A stretch of DNA of 52,778 nucleotides from Clostridia bacterium (GTDB lineage Bacteria; Bacillota; Clostridia; Oscillospirales; CAG-272): assembly GCA_017646745.1 (NCBI GenBank), contig JAGCLY010000080.1:1-52778 (forward strand), in the 5' to 3' direction. This document shows, piece after piece, positions 26,988-37,413 of the stretch; within the stretch, counting starts at the first letter, position 1, and each line of letters starts with the position of its first letter. The notes beneath the pieces were generated by a model. That model saw only the letters and a list, made by a program, of their open reading frames with translations. It did not search any database and was not told the origin of the DNA. The position numbers were made by a program, and so were the translations under genes.

Positions 26988-28400
26988 TCATAAATTATTA
27001 TAAATCGAAATATATTCCTTGGCAGAATTCTCCCAAGTGAAGTTCGACTTCTTTGCAGATGCGGTAAGCACGTTCCACTTCTTTTTATCCTGATAAAGCT
27101 CAAGTGCCTGCTTTAATGTAAACAGGAGCTCGTGAGCATTATAGTTATCAAAGCGGAATCCGTTTGCCCCCTCCTCGCCATAGGTTCTGATGGAGTCATA
27201 AAGGCCGCCAACCGAACGAACAACGGGAATGGTACCGTAGGAGCAAGCGATCATCTGGGCAAGGCCGCAGGGCTCGCTCTTAGAGGGCATAAGGAAGATA
27301 TCCGCACCGGCGTACATCTTCTTAGAAATAACACGGTCAAACTTTATAAGCGCCTAGAAATTGGGATGGCGTAATTCCATAGCACGGAATGCATCCTCGT
27401 ATTCCTTTTCGCCTGTGCCAAGCACGATAACCTGCACGTTCTCACAGAGAAGCTCATCCATAATATGAAGAACAAGATCAATTCCCTTCTGAGAAGCAAA
27501 TCTGGTGATCATGACAACAAGAGGGGTATCTGCCTCGACAGGCAATCCAACCTCAGCCTGAAGCGCAGCCTTGTTTTTAGCTTTACCTGACTTGTATGTG
27601 CGATTATTATAGCTTGCATAAATGTCCCCGCCCTTTTCGGGAGAGAAGTAGCCATAATCAATGCCATTGATTACACCGCACATCTTATGACGGGAGTCCT
27701 TTATAATATTGGACAGGCCAAAGGCAAAGAAATCATGCTCAAGCTCACGAGCATAATTGGGGCTTACGGTGGTAATAAAGTCCGAGGAGATTATCGCACC
27801 CTTCATAAGGTTGATGCAGCCGTCAAAGTCAAGGATACCTCTGTATCTTGAATCAATGCCAAACACGTCGCCGAGGATATGGGAGCCAAACTTGCCCTGA
27901 TACTCGATATTGTGAATGGTGTATACCGTCTTAACCTTGCTAAGCAGTTCAATGTGAGCGTACTCGGTCTTTAAATAAATGATAGCAGGAGCTGTCTGCC
28001 AATCGTTGGCGTGGAGAATATCGGGAATATTGCCGCTGTGAAGCATAAATTCCACTACCGAACGGGAGAAGAATGCAAATCTCTCTGCATCGTCAAACTC
28101 ACCGTAAAGTCTGCCACGGTCGAAATAATAGTGATTTTCAACGAAATAATAGGTCACGTTGTTATGGACGGTCTTATAAACCGATGCTCCGGTATGGCGC
28201 CATGAATGATTGAAGCTCATATCAAGCACAAGCTCAAGCTTTTCACGGTGCTCAGGCTTCATGGTATTATAGAGAGGCAGAATAACCTCACACTCATGGC
28301 CCATAGCGCTAACCGCTGCAGGAAGCGCACCCATAACGTCCCCAAGTCCGCCACTGGCGGCAAAGGGATTGGCCTCACTCGTTACGTACAAAATTTTCAT
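26988..28400 (-). pseudogene. glgA: Glycogen synthase GlgA interrupted by one in-frame TAG (27354-27356)
   Basis: The two track ORFs (27354..28400 and 26988..27317) are in the same frame. The minus strand reads ...AMELRHPNF-TAG-ALIKFDRVISKKMYAGADIFLMPSKSEPCGLAQM.... The N-terminus is MKILYVTSEANPFAASGGLGDV (the KxGG-type motif region). Total length would be 470 codons if read through. Confidence 0.85.
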
Positions 28401-28418
28401 TGGTCAATTCCTTTGGGA

Positions 28419-29549
28419 TTAGATTTTGCGTCCCTTCTGAATATAGAAGGGCATATTGTGATTACCGGAAAGATTAACATTCTCGGTAACGATAACATCC
28501 TTGTCGGAAACAATGCAGTTAAGATGCGCATTCTTGCATACGTGTGTACCGTGGAAGAGTACGCAGTTCTCAACAACAGCGCCCTTCTCTATGGTTACAT
28601 CTCTGAAGATAACCGAGTTAATTACGGTACCCTCAATGCTGCACTCATCAGCGATCATAGAATTTTCCACCTTAGCACCAGGATAATGCTTTGTAGGAGC
28701 AGAGTTATGAACTCTGGTAAATATAGGAGCCTCCTTCTTCCAAAGGAGAGATTCTCTTGCCTTCTCGTTATTAACAAGCTCCATAGAATACTTATAGTAA
28801 TCAAGGAAGCTGGATACACATGCGGCAAATCCGGTGTACTTATAACTCATATAGTTAGAGGACTTGCAGTTCTTAAGAAGAAGAAGTGTAAAGCTGTTGA
28901 GATCGTACGCCTCAGCCTCGTCAATAAGAAGACGAAGGTAGGAGGTCTTCATAACGTAGATACCAAGAGCGAGCTCGGGGTGACGCTCGTCATAGGATGC
29001 ACTCATGGCGATCTGAGTAACCTTACCTGCAACAGATGCGATCATAGCTCTGGGATTCTTAGCGGTATAATCTGCGGGAACGTCGGAGGTAACGATAGTA
29101 ACGCTTGCGCCGGTGGACTCGTGGGAGCGAATAACATCGGTAATATCGATGGTAAGCGCTGTATCGGAATCCATAAGTACAACGTACTCTTCTTTGATCT
29201 CGTTGATGTACTCCTTCATACTCTTAAGAGCCTCCATATGAGTGGAGAACATTTTATTATCGCTGTTATGAGCGGTCTGGAAGGGGGAGATAAAGGTAAT
29301 ACCGCCCTCACGTCTTGCAAGATCCCAGTCCTTACCGCTGCCAAGATGCTCGAGCAGCGAGCGATACTTATAGTTTGCAACAACGTAAATGTTTGTCATA
29401 TTTGCGTTAACCATATTGGAAAGCGCAAAGTCGATCAGTCTGTAACGGCATGCGAAAGGAATTGCCGCAACCGTTCTGTCACTGGTCAATCTGGAAAGTG
29501 TATTATTATTTAAACTGGAAAAAATAATTCCTGCTGCACTACTTGCCAT
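28419..29549 (-). CDS. glgD: Glucose-1-phosphate adenylyltransferase, GlgD subunit
   Basis: GGGAGG RBS precedes the ATG at 29549. AAIPFACRYRLIDFALSNMVNA and C-terminal left-handed beta-helix repeats. It is paralogous to the adjacent glgC but lacks the GGxGxRL loop. Confidence 0.85.
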   Translation of the reverse strand: MASSAAGIIFSSLNNNTLSRLTSDRTVAAIPFACRYRLIDFALSNMVNANMTNIYVVANYKYRSLLEHLGSGKDWDLARREGGITFISPFQTAHNSDNKMFSTHMEALKSMKEYINEIKEEYVVLMDSDTALTIDITDVIRSHESTGASVTIVTSDVPADYTAKNPRAMIASVAGKVTQIAMSASYDERHPELALGIYVMKTSYLRLLIDEAEAYDLNSFTLLLLKNCKSSNYMSYKYTGFAACVSSFLDYYKYSMELVNNEKARESLLWKKEAPIFTRVHNSAPTKHYPGAKVENSMIADECSIEGTVINSVIFRDVTIEKGAVVENCVLFHGTHVCKNAHLNCIVSDKDVIVTENVNLSGNHNMPFYIQKGRKI

Positions 29550-29568
29550 TCTATTAATCCTCCCTTTC

Positions 29569-30717
29569 TTATGCCTTTGCAATAACGCTGCCGCTTGCGA
29601 TAAGAGCGATTTCGTCCTTACCTGCATTTTCTTTACCTACGGTAGCGCCGGACTCAACGACTGTATCCGAGTCAACTATTGCTGTATATACACACGCATC
29701 CTTCTTAACGAGAACGTCCTCCATAACAACAGAATCCTTGACGATAGCACCCTCTTCAACGATAACACCGCCGGAGATAACCGAGTTGATTACAGTACCG
29801 TAGATTCTGCATCCCTCAGAGATGAGAGAGTTTTCAACAACACCACTCTTGCCTATGTACTGAGGAGGACGTGCGGTGTTCTTGGAGTAGATACGGAAGT
29901 CCTGATCCTCAAGAGTGAGAATAGGATTCTCGCCGATAAGGTCCATATTAGCCTCCCAGAGAGAGGAAATGGTTCCAACGTCCTTCCAATAACCGTCGAA
30001 GCGGTAGGAATAAAGCTTTTCGCCGTTGCCAAGAAGGTTGGGAATTATGTTCTTACCAAAGTCGTTAGAGGAGTTTTCATCATCCTCATCGTTCTCAAGA
30101 TACTCGATAAGAGTCTTGGTAGAGAAGATATAAATACCCATAGACGCCTGATTGTTCTTGGGATTCTTGGGCTTCTCCTCAAACTCGTAGATAGAGCCGT
30201 CAGGATTGGTGTTACAGATACCGAAGCGGAATGCCTCCTCCATGGGAACGGTGATGGTTGCTACGGTACAAGCTGCGCCGGTTGCCTTGTGCTGCTGAAG
30301 CATCTTGTTGTAGTCCATACGGTAGATATGGTCGCCCGAAAGGATAAGCACGTAATCAGGATCATACTGCTTAATGAAGTTTATGTTCTGGTAAATAGCA
30401 TTGGCAGTGCCCTTATACCAATCAGAGTGCTTGTTTCCCTGGTAAGGGGGGAGCACGTAAAGACCGCCTCTGATTCTGTCAAGATCCCAGGGCTGGCCGT
30501 TGCTAACGTATTCGTTAAGCGCAAAGGGCTGATACTGGGTAAGCACACCTACGGTGTCGATACCCGAATTAATGCAGTTGGAAAGGGGGAAATCTATGAT
30601 TTTATACTTTCCTCCGAAGGCAACCGCAGGCTTTGCAATCTGCTTAGTAAGATCGTAAAGACGAGAGCCCTGTCCTCCTGCAAGGAGCATTGCTATACAT
30701 TCTTTTTTACAGTACAT
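29569..30717 (-). CDS. glgC: Glucose-1-phosphate adenylyltransferase
   Basis: [53 protein letters not shown] and YWKDVGT. Confidence 0.95.
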   Translation of the reverse strand: MYCKKECIAMLLAGGQGSRLYDLTKQIAKPAVAFGGKYKIIDFPLSNCINSGIDTVGVLTQYQPFALNEYVSNGQPWDLDRIRGGLYVLPPYQGNKHSDWYKGTANAIYQNINFIKQYDPDYVLILSGDHIYRMDYNKMLQQHKATGAACTVATITVPMEEAFRFGICNTNPDGSIYEFEEKPKNPKNNQASMGIYIFSTKTLIEYLENDEDDENSSNDFGKNIIPNLLGNGEKLYSYRFDGYWKDVGTISSLWEANMDLIGENPILTLEDQDFRIYSKNTARPPQYIGKSGVVENSLISEGCRIYGTVINSVISGGVIVEEGAIVKDSVVMEDVLVKKDACVYTAIVDSDTVVESGATVGKENAGKDEIALIASGSVIAKA

Positions 30718-30732
30718 CTTTTTTCTCCTTTA

Positions 30733-32625
30733 TTATATATCAATTTTTTTGTTTTTAGTAACACGTCTGAAAATTACGCCCGAGAAGGGTGGGACGGAGA
30801 TATTAGCATTATATCCACCGTCAACCTTGTTGATCTGTACGCTTCTCTGCTCCGGGCTAAGTGTGCCGGTGTCGAAAATAGATTCAAGCCTGATTCCCTT
30901 TTCGGTAGGAATAGTAATATCCTGAGTACAGCCCGAGAAGTTAAGCACAACGGTAACCGATCTGCCCTTCTTGTTAAGTCGGTTGAAGGCGACGAGATTC
31001 TTATCCGACTCGTCGGGAAGCAACCATTTGAAGCCGTCCTCAAGGAAGTCTATTTCCCAAAGCTCGCTGTTTGCAAGATAAAACGCATTAAGCGATGCAA
31101 CGTACTCTCTGAAATACTTATGAGCAGGATAGTCAAGCATAAACCATTCAAGCGAGTTGTCGTAATCCCACTCTCTGAACTGAGCGTATTCTGTGCCCAT
31201 GAAGAGCATCTTCTTGCCGGGATATGTCATCATAAGCATCAGCGAGGTGCGTGCCTGCTTGAACTTGTCCTCGTTACAGCCGAACATCTTGTTGATAAAC
31301 GAGCCTTTGCCATGCACAACCTCGTCGTGGGAGATAGGCATGCAGTACTGCTCTGTAAAAGCGTACATGAGAGGGAAATTAAGCGCTGTATGATGATATT
31401 TTCTGTAAATGGGATCTGTGCTTACGTACTTATAAAAGTCGTTTGCCCAGCCCATATTCCATTTCATATTAAAGCCCATGCCCCCCATGCTTACCGGGTG
31501 GGTAATACCGCCAAAGGAGGTGGACTCCTCTGCAATCATAAGGGCATCGGGAAATTCCTCAAATATAGCTGTGTTAAGCTTACGAAGGAATGCGGTAGCC
31601 TCCAGATTCTCGTTGGTGCCTAGATGATTGGGATGCCACTCGCCGGGCATTCTATCATAATCAAGGTAGATCATGGATGCAACGGCATCAACACGGAGTC
31701 CGTCGATATGGAACTCACGAAGGAAATAAAGTGCGTTGGAGATAAGGAAGCACTGTATCTCTTCCCTGCCCAGGTCGAAAAATCTGGTGCCCCAAGAGCG
31801 TGACTCCTGCCTATCCTTACCCTGGTATTCGTAAAGGGGAGTTCCGTCAAACTCGTAAAGTCCCCAGGCGTCCTTTGGAAAATGGGCGGGAACCCAGTCC
31901 ATAATTACGCCGACACCGGCCTTATGAAGGCTATTGATAAGATGTCTGAAATCGTTGGGAGTTCCAAAACGGGAGGTAGGCGCATAGAATGAGCAAACCT
32001 GGTAACCCCAGGAGCCGTCAAAGGGATGCTCCTGCAAAGGCAGGAACTCAACGTGGGTATATCCCATTTTTTTAAGATACGAAGGAAGAATATCAGCAAG
32101 CTCTCTGTACGAGTAATATCTGTTATCCTCCTCGTGACGCATCCAGCTTCCCATATGCATCTCATATATATTAACGGGAGAGGAAATGTAATATTTGCCG
32201 TCGGAGGAAATCGCCTTTTTGCGATGATTCATCCAACGCTTGTCCTCCCACTTAAAGCTTGTATCGGTATAGATAAGCGACGCGCCGTCTGCCCCTCCTC
32301 TGGAGAATCTGGCATAGGGGTCACCCTTATCCTGAAATCCCTTGTGAGATTCGATGCGGAACTTATAGGGCTGAAGTTCAAGCGAAACATCAGATGTGTA
32401 ATTAAGCTCCCAGATACCGTTATCGGTCACACGAGAAAAAGGAACGGCATAGGACCACCCGCTGAACTCTGAAACAAGACCAACCGACTTGGCATTAGGT
32501 GCCCAGGTTCTGAATGTGTATTGGTACTTACCGTCCTTGATATTTAGCGAACAACCTAAAAATTCGTATGCGCGGAAATTAGTGCCTTGATGAAACAAAT
32601 AGCTTCCAAGCTCAATGTTAGACAT
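30733..32625 (-). CDS. glgB: 1,4-alpha-glucan branching enzyme
   Basis: AAGGAG RBS precedes the ATG at 32625 (MSNIELGSYLFHQGTNFRAYEFLG). GH13 motifs DWVPAHF, GLRVDAVASM, AEESTSFGG and ISHDEVVHGK. Confidence 0.95.
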   Translation of the reverse strand: MSNIELGSYLFHQGTNFRAYEFLGCSLNIKDGKYQYTFRTWAPNAKSVGLVSEFSGWSYAVPFSRVTDNGIWELNYTSDVSLELQPYKFRIESHKGFQDKGDPYARFSRGGADGASLIYTDTSFKWEDKRWMNHRKKAISSDGKYYISSPVNIYEMHMGSWMRHEEDNRYYSYRELADILPSYLKKMGYTHVEFLPLQEHPFDGSWGYQVCSFYAPTSRFGTPNDFRHLINSLHKAGVGVIMDWVPAHFPKDAWGLYEFDGTPLYEYQGKDRQESRSWGTRFFDLGREEIQCFLISNALYFLREFHIDGLRVDAVASMIYLDYDRMPGEWHPNHLGTNENLEATAFLRKLNTAIFEEFPDALMIAEESTSFGGITHPVSMGGMGFNMKWNMGWANDFYKYVSTDPIYRKYHHTALNFPLMYAFTEQYCMPISHDEVVHGKGSFINKMFGCNEDKFKQARTSLMLMMTYPGKKMLFMGTEYAQFREWDYDNSLEWFMLDYPAHKYFREYVASLNAFYLANSELWEIDFLEDGFKWLLPDESDKNLVAFNRLNKKGRSVTVVLNFSGCTQDITIPTEKGIRLESIFDTGTLSPEQRSVQINKVDGGYNANISVPPFSGVIFRRVTKNKKIDI

Positions 32626-32657
32626 AAAAAGCGCTCCTTTTCTAGTAATCCACAAGT

Positions 32658-32686
32658 ATTTTATCATTTATTTATTATTTTGTCAA
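32658..32686 (-). promoter_or_regulatory. Sigma-A-type promoter for the glg cluster
   Basis: On the minus strand: TTGACA (32686-32681), 17-nt spacer, TAAAAT (32663-32658). It lies immediately downstream of the yabQ stop. Confidence 0.6.
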
Positions 32687-32694
32687 GTAAAATA

Positions 32695-33192
32695 CTATAT
32701 ATTTTTTACTTTTGTTTTATTTATTTTAAGAGAAAGGATTATCCGACGCTTAAGCAGTTTTATCCCGGCGCAAATTATTCGTATCGGAATGCAAAGGGCT
32801 CGTAGTAATAGCGAATAAATATAGGACAGCAGCTTTTTCAAAAAGTTAAAAAATACAATATTCGACAGATAAAGCGAGGCAAAAGAGAAAATAAGCATGT
32901 ATAAGCGAATCTCACCGTCAAGAGCAATGTATGAAGTAAGACTAAAGCCGATACCGAAAATTAAAACATATAATAGGATTATAAGAGCGCCTCCCTCGCT
33001 CCTGTCATACCCACCAAAGCCCGGTAAAGGAAATATTGTATCAAATTTTACTATACTTTTAATATCCGCTGAAAGTCTGCGGATAACATTTACTGCAAGG
33101 CCGATAAGAGCATATACAGCAGAGCAAATAATGCCGAGCAGAGATGCGGCAACGAGGGAAAAAGCAATCTGCGAAAGGCTGAAGCTTATCAT
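32695..33192 (-). CDS. yabQ: Spore cortex biosynthesis protein YabQ-like membrane protein
   Basis: Multi-TM 165-aa protein starting MISFSLSQIAFSLVAASLLG. The ATGA overlap with the yabP stop matches the conserved yabP-yabQ synteny. Confidence 0.7.
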   Translation of the reverse strand: MISFSLSQIAFSLVAASLLGIICSAVYALIGLAVNVIRRLSADIKSIVKFDTIFPLPGFGGYDRSEGGALIILLYVLIFGIGFSLTSYIALDGEIRLYMLIFSFASLYLSNIVFFNFLKKLLSYIYSLLLRALCIPIRIICAGIKLLKRRIILSLKINKTKVKNI

Positions 33193-33455
33193 CCGAGCAG
33201 CCTCGCCAATCCGCCCTTTGCCTTTTTCTCCTTTGTATAAAATACGCCATTTACTTTCCCTGTAATCTCTATTTCCCCGCCCTCGCGGCTGAGGCTTTCG
33301 ATCTTTAGTCCCTGCCCCTCGATACACACTCTGCCGTCTCCAATATCAAGGGTTACATAGCTCTCATCAAAGCCGATTACATTACATACGCCGTTTAATA
33401 TTATCTGATTTCGTTCCTTCACTCTCAAATCGGTATGCTTTAGCAACTTCTCCAT
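33189..33455 (-). CDS. yabP: Sporulation protein YabP
   Basis: MEKLLKHTDLRVKERNQIILNGVCNVIGFDESYVTLDIGDGRVCIEGQGLKIESLSREGGEIEITGKVNGVFY has the YabP beta-rich pattern. AAGGAG RBS lies 7 nt upstream. Confidence 0.8.
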   Translation of the reverse strand: MEKLLKHTDLRVKERNQIILNGVCNVIGFDESYVTLDIGDGRVCIEGQGLKIESLSREGGEIEITGKVNGVFYTKEKKAKGGLARLLG

Positions 33456-33524
33456 ATAAAGCTCCTTTAAAACGGCAAAAAAGCGCCGCATATTCTACTT
33501 GAGAATATGCGGCACTCACATGGT

Positions 33525-33779
33525 TTATGCTTCTGACTCCGAGATGATTTCATACATGCCGGAGGCTTCAGTTTTTTTCGTAGTATCCTTTATTTCCAGC
33601 ACCCTTACCGTAACTGATTTGTTACCAAATGCAACTGTGATAAGATCGCCAATCTTAACTGTATAAGAGGCCTTGGCGCTTTTTCCGTTAACAGAAATAC
33701 GCTCGCTGTCACATGCATCGTTAGCAACGGTGCGACGCTTAATAAGCCTGGAAACCTTTAGGAATTTATCAAGACGCAT
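33525..33779 (-). CDS. yabO: S4-domain RNA-binding protein (YabO/Hsp15-like)
   Basis: [49 protein letters not shown] is an S4 domain. Confidence 0.85.
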   Translation of the reverse strand: MRLDKFLKVSRLIKRRTVANDACDSERISVNGKSAKASYTVKIGDLITVAFGNKSVTVRVLEIKDTTKKTEASGMYEIISESEA

Positions 33780-33783
33780 CTAA

Positions 33784-34059
33784 TTAGCCGTTAAGCTGAT
33801 CCTTGAGAACCTTGGATGCGGAGAAAGAGGGCTTCTTGCAAGCGTCAATCTTGATAACCTCACCGGTCTTGGGGTTACGGCCTTCTCTAGCAGCAACTTC
33901 CTTAACCTCGAAGGTACCAAAGCCGATAAGCTGAACCTTGTCGCCGTCCTTAAGGGCGTTAGCGATAGCAGCGAGAGTAGCGTTTACTGCTGCCTCGGAG
34001 TCCTTCTTGGAAAGATTAGCCTCTGCAGCTACTACGTTTATGAGATCTGTCTTGTTCAT
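33784..34059 (-). CDS. hup: HU-family DNA-binding protein
   Basis: MNKTDLINVVAAEANLSKKDSEAAVNATL...GFGTFEVKEVAAREGRNPKTGEVIKI. Confidence 0.95.
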   Translation of the reverse strand: MNKTDLINVVAAEANLSKKDSEAAVNATLAAIANALKDGDKVQLIGFGTFEVKEVAAREGRNPKTGEVIKIDACKKPSFSASKVLKDQLNG

Positions 34060-34101
34060 TGGTTTTACTTCCTTTCAAATTAATAGTATTTGCGCATCTT
34101 T

Positions 34102-34131
34102 ATTATATCAAGAGCATTTCTCCAAAGTCAA
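34102..34131 (-). promoter_or_regulatory. Strong extended -10 promoter for hup
   Basis: On the minus strand: TTGACT (34131-34126), 18-nt spacer, TGATATAAT (extended -10 ending at 34102). Confidence 0.65.
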
Positions 34132-34190
34132 GCGCAAATAACGGAATTTTATAATTATAATTACAGTTTTCGTCTTATTCTATAATTTTA

Positions 34191-35786
34191 TCACGACAAT
34201 TTTGTATATTTTGCTATTTCGCGTAGCTTCACCGGGCGCAGTTGGCCACCAATAACCGAAAATCCAAGATATATCAAGGCGGCAAGGGCTATGGATAGCA
34301 GAAGAGACAAGCCCTCTGACAGGCTGAATACAAGTCTTTCATACAGCATTCTTGACAGAATAACCGATATAAATGCATAAAGATGCGGCACAAGGCTTTT
34401 TTCAAATATGGGAATCCGCCTGCAGAAGCATTGGGTGTACATTATCACCGATGTAAAGAGTGATACAGCATATGATACCACCGTGCCGATCGGGGCGCCG
34501 AGAATACCGAGATTTGTACGTGTTATTAATATGTAGCTTACGGCTATTTTTGCTAAACCGCCAAAGGACATTGCCACCATAGGCGCACGTACCCGCCCCG
34601 CCGCCTCTAGGGACGTATTTACGACAAGTAAGAGCGAGGATAATATTATTGCCGGGGTAAGTATAAGTAAAAGTCTGGCGCCAATATCAGTAGCAGAGTT
34701 TTTAAACAACAGATCAAGTATTTCCCTGGCATAGACCGCAAGGCCTATCATCATCGGTGCGCAGACAAGCGACGTAAGAGCAATCATGCTGTTTTCGGTA
34801 TTAACGGATCCTTTGACATCTCCGAGAGTTATTGCTCTGGTAAGTGTCGGCAAAAAAGCCACCGAAATAGGAGATACGACGGATATAGCCAGATTGAGCA
34901 TTGGCACAGCGAGGGTTGTATAATTTCCAAATAGCCCCCCTGCCGCCTTTTCACTGTATCCAATCTCCATAAGACTTCGCATTATAAGTGTGAGATCGAC
35001 GATGCTTGTAATGCTCATTATGGCGGCGCTTACTGTAATCGGAAGAGAAATTTTGAATATACGACCTCTGATGCCCTTGTAATCAATTTCTACATTCTGC
35101 TTAGTATTTTCATTTGTTTTTAGAGCTTTATTACTTACGAACAGATAAATTGCACCAAGCAGGGAGCCTGTTGTTACACCAAGAATTGCCAAAGCGGATA
35201 TGATTTCCAGTGGCAAACCAATTCTCTTACCAACCATGGCAAGGGCAAGTCCAAGAGCTAACTTGCACACCCCCTCTACAATCTGAGAGATGGCAATTTC
35301 ACCAAGATGTGAATCAGCGCTTAGTGTGCCCCTGAGCACACCGGATATAGAAACAAAAAGTATGGAGGGAGCAACGGCAAGCATTGTATAAAATGACCCG
35401 CTATTACCTATAAGCCTTGCAATCGGTGCGGACATGATAAGGAAAAACACCGTTACGCCAAGCCCGATAAATACAAAGGTTCTCATAGCGCAGGAATAAA
35501 TGCTTCGCTCCTCATCCACCCTTCCCCTCGCCTTTGCCTCAGAAAGAAGTATCATAATTGCCTTTGGTACCCCTGCCGTGCATAAGAGATAAAAGAATCC
35601 AAACACCGTATAGGCCGAATTAAAGTAGCCCATGCCAAGGTCACCGAGAATAGATGATATTGGGATTTTATATACAAGGCCTATAATTTTCACAACGATA
35701 GCCGACACGGTTAAGGACAGCGCTCCGCCGATAATTCCTTCAAAAATTCCACTTTTTTCACGCTTTTTGTCAATAATTCTGTACAT
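34191..35786 (-). CDS. MOP-superfamily flippase (SpoVB/MurJ/YabM-like)
   Basis: 531 aa with about 14 predicted TM helices and GGAGG RBS. It sits next to hup and yabOPQ, as yabM/spoVB-type genes do in spore formers. Confidence 0.75.
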   Translation of the reverse strand: MYRIIDKKREKSGIFEGIIGGALSLTVSAIVVKIIGLVYKIPISSILGDLGMGYFNSAYTVFGFFYLLCTAGVPKAIMILLSEAKARGRVDEERSIYSCAMRTFVFIGLGVTVFFLIMSAPIARLIGNSGSFYTMLAVAPSILFVSISGVLRGTLSADSHLGEIAISQIVEGVCKLALGLALAMVGKRIGLPLEIISALAILGVTTGSLLGAIYLFVSNKALKTNENTKQNVEIDYKGIRGRIFKISLPITVSAAIMSITSIVDLTLIMRSLMEIGYSEKAAGGLFGNYTTLAVPMLNLAISVVSPISVAFLPTLTRAITLGDVKGSVNTENSMIALTSLVCAPMMIGLAVYAREILDLLFKNSATDIGARLLLILTPAIILSSLLLVVNTSLEAAGRVRAPMVAMSFGGLAKIAVSYILITRTNLGILGAPIGTVVSYAVSLFTSVIMYTQCFCRRIPIFEKSLVPHLYAFISVILSRMLYERLVFSLSEGLSLLLSIALAALIYLGFSVIGGQLRPVKLREIAKYTKLS

Positions 35787-35881
35787 TTTTCCTCCAAATA
35801 GAAAGAGAGATCCACTAAACTATATTAGCGAACCTCTCTACATATTATATTGATAAGGAAAAAAGTATTTAAAATATTTTA

Positions 35882-37396
35882 TTATTCTTCTATGCCAAAG
35901 AATTTGAATATCTCGCTTCTGTTCTTTTCACGGCGCTCGTTAATTCCCTCGGAATTTTCCTCAGCAAGATACTCATAAGGGTACTTGGGACGGAACAGAC
36001 GAAGGATCTGAGAATCCGAGTTATATCCGTTTTCAAACTTAACAAGCTTTGTTACAGCACCTGCGCCTACAGCAAAGATATGCTGAAACTCCTCCATCAT
36101 ATACACGTTATAAAGTCCCTCGTGGCCCTCGATTGCAAAACCAACGTTCTCAAGATTGCCGACGGTATTCTTCTGTCTGTACATATAATAAGGCTTGTAG
36201 CCGGCAAACTTGGTCTTTAACTGAGAATATGCCACGCTCTTTGCCGCATCGCCACCTGTGAGCGAATATACGCTGGAGTTGTTGCGAAGGGCATCGGAGG
36301 CCTTCTTAACACAGAAGGTGTGAACAGTAATATTGCTGGGCGCAAGATCAATAATCTTGTCAACGGTTTCCGAGAAATTCTTAAAATCATCACCGGGCAG
36401 ACCTGCGATAAGGTCTACGTTAATATCACGGAAGCCGATCTCACATGCAAGATCGTATGCACGGAAGAAGTCCTCTACAGTATGCTTTCTGCCGATTTCC
36501 TTAAGAATATCATCATTAAGCGTCTGGGGGTTAACACTGACACGGGTTACACCGTGATTTTTAGCAACAACAAGCTTTTCTCTGGTAATAGTATCCGGTC
36601 TTCCTGCCTCAAGAGTAAATTCAAGCAAAGCGGACGGATCAATATTCTGATTAATCTTGGTAAGAAGCCTGTCAAGCTGCTCTGCACTGAGTGTGGTAGG
36701 TGTTCCGCCACCGATATAAACGGTAGTAACACGAAGACCGAGCCTTTTAATAGTATTGAAGGTATCATCAAGATCAACCAGCAGCGCCTCGAGATAATCG
36801 TCAATCATAGAAAGCAATCTCTTGGTCGTATAAGAAACGAAGCTGCAATAAGCGCATCTTGAAGGACAGAAAGGAATTGAAACATAAAGCGAGCAGGTAT
36901 CTCTGGGAGTTTTCTTCATCATCTTCCACTCCGCATTAGCAACAGAAACCGCAAGAGCAGCCTTCTGAGGATTTAAGAAATACTCGTCACGCAGAACCTT
37001 TTTTGCCTTAAGAATACCCTTGCCAGAGCGAAGGATAGAGTTAGCAACCTTGGCAGGACGGACACCGGTGAGAATACCCCACGGAGGTGTATGACCAAGC
37101 AGCTCCTTACCTGCCGCAAAAACAGCTCTGCCAACCGCAATAGCCTCGTGAGTGGCAAAGTTAATCTCCTCATCAAGCGAAACGCTCTCGGTAGCCTCAC
37201 AGAGCTTATCGTTAAGCTTAATAGAAACATATGCCGTCACGTTGGTATTGTCGCTGTCACGGTAAAGATCCACGGTGATTTCAGGCACGTCCTCGCCGGG
37301 CAGCTCGTTTTCACCGAAGGTTGCGCCGGGAAAGAATACCATACACAGTGTCTGTACGTAATATTTATTTATATCGCCGTTAATTTTTAAGATCAT
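35882..37396 (-). CDS. hemZ: Radical SAM coproporphyrinogen-dehydrogenase-like protein (HemZ/HemN family)
   Basis: CPSRCAYCSF (CxxxCxxC), 504 aa, HemN-like core and C-terminal domain. Confidence 0.8.
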   Translation of the reverse strand: MILKINGDINKYYVQTLCMVFFPGATFGENELPGEDVPEITVDLYRDSDNTNVTAYVSIKLNDKLCEATESVSLDEEINFATHEAIAVGRAVFAAGKELLGHTPPWGILTGVRPAKVANSILRSGKGILKAKKVLRDEYFLNPQKAALAVSVANAEWKMMKKTPRDTCSLYVSIPFCPSRCAYCSFVSYTTKRLLSMIDDYLEALLVDLDDTFNTIKRLGLRVTTVYIGGGTPTTLSAEQLDRLLTKINQNIDPSALLEFTLEAGRPDTITREKLVVAKNHGVTRVSVNPQTLNDDILKEIGRKHTVEDFFRAYDLACEIGFRDINVDLIAGLPGDDFKNFSETVDKIIDLAPSNITVHTFCVKKASDALRNNSSVYSLTGGDAAKSVAYSQLKTKFAGYKPYYMYRQKNTVGNLENVGFAIEGHEGLYNVYMMEEFQHIFAVGAGAVTKLVKFENGYNSDSQILRLFRPKYPYEYLAEENSEGINERREKNRSEIFKFFGIEE

Positions 37397-37413
37397 AAAA
37401 ATGCATCCTTAAT

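Noticed and set aside
27354-27356. The TAG in glgA as evidence for pyrrolysine or genome-wide amber reassignment.
   Set aside because: TAG also serves as the apparent natural stop of the SleC-like gene (2622-2624) and spoIIID (14619-14621). No pyl genes are in the window. A nonsense mutation or a sequencing error is the simpler explanation, and it stays flagged as a finding for verification.
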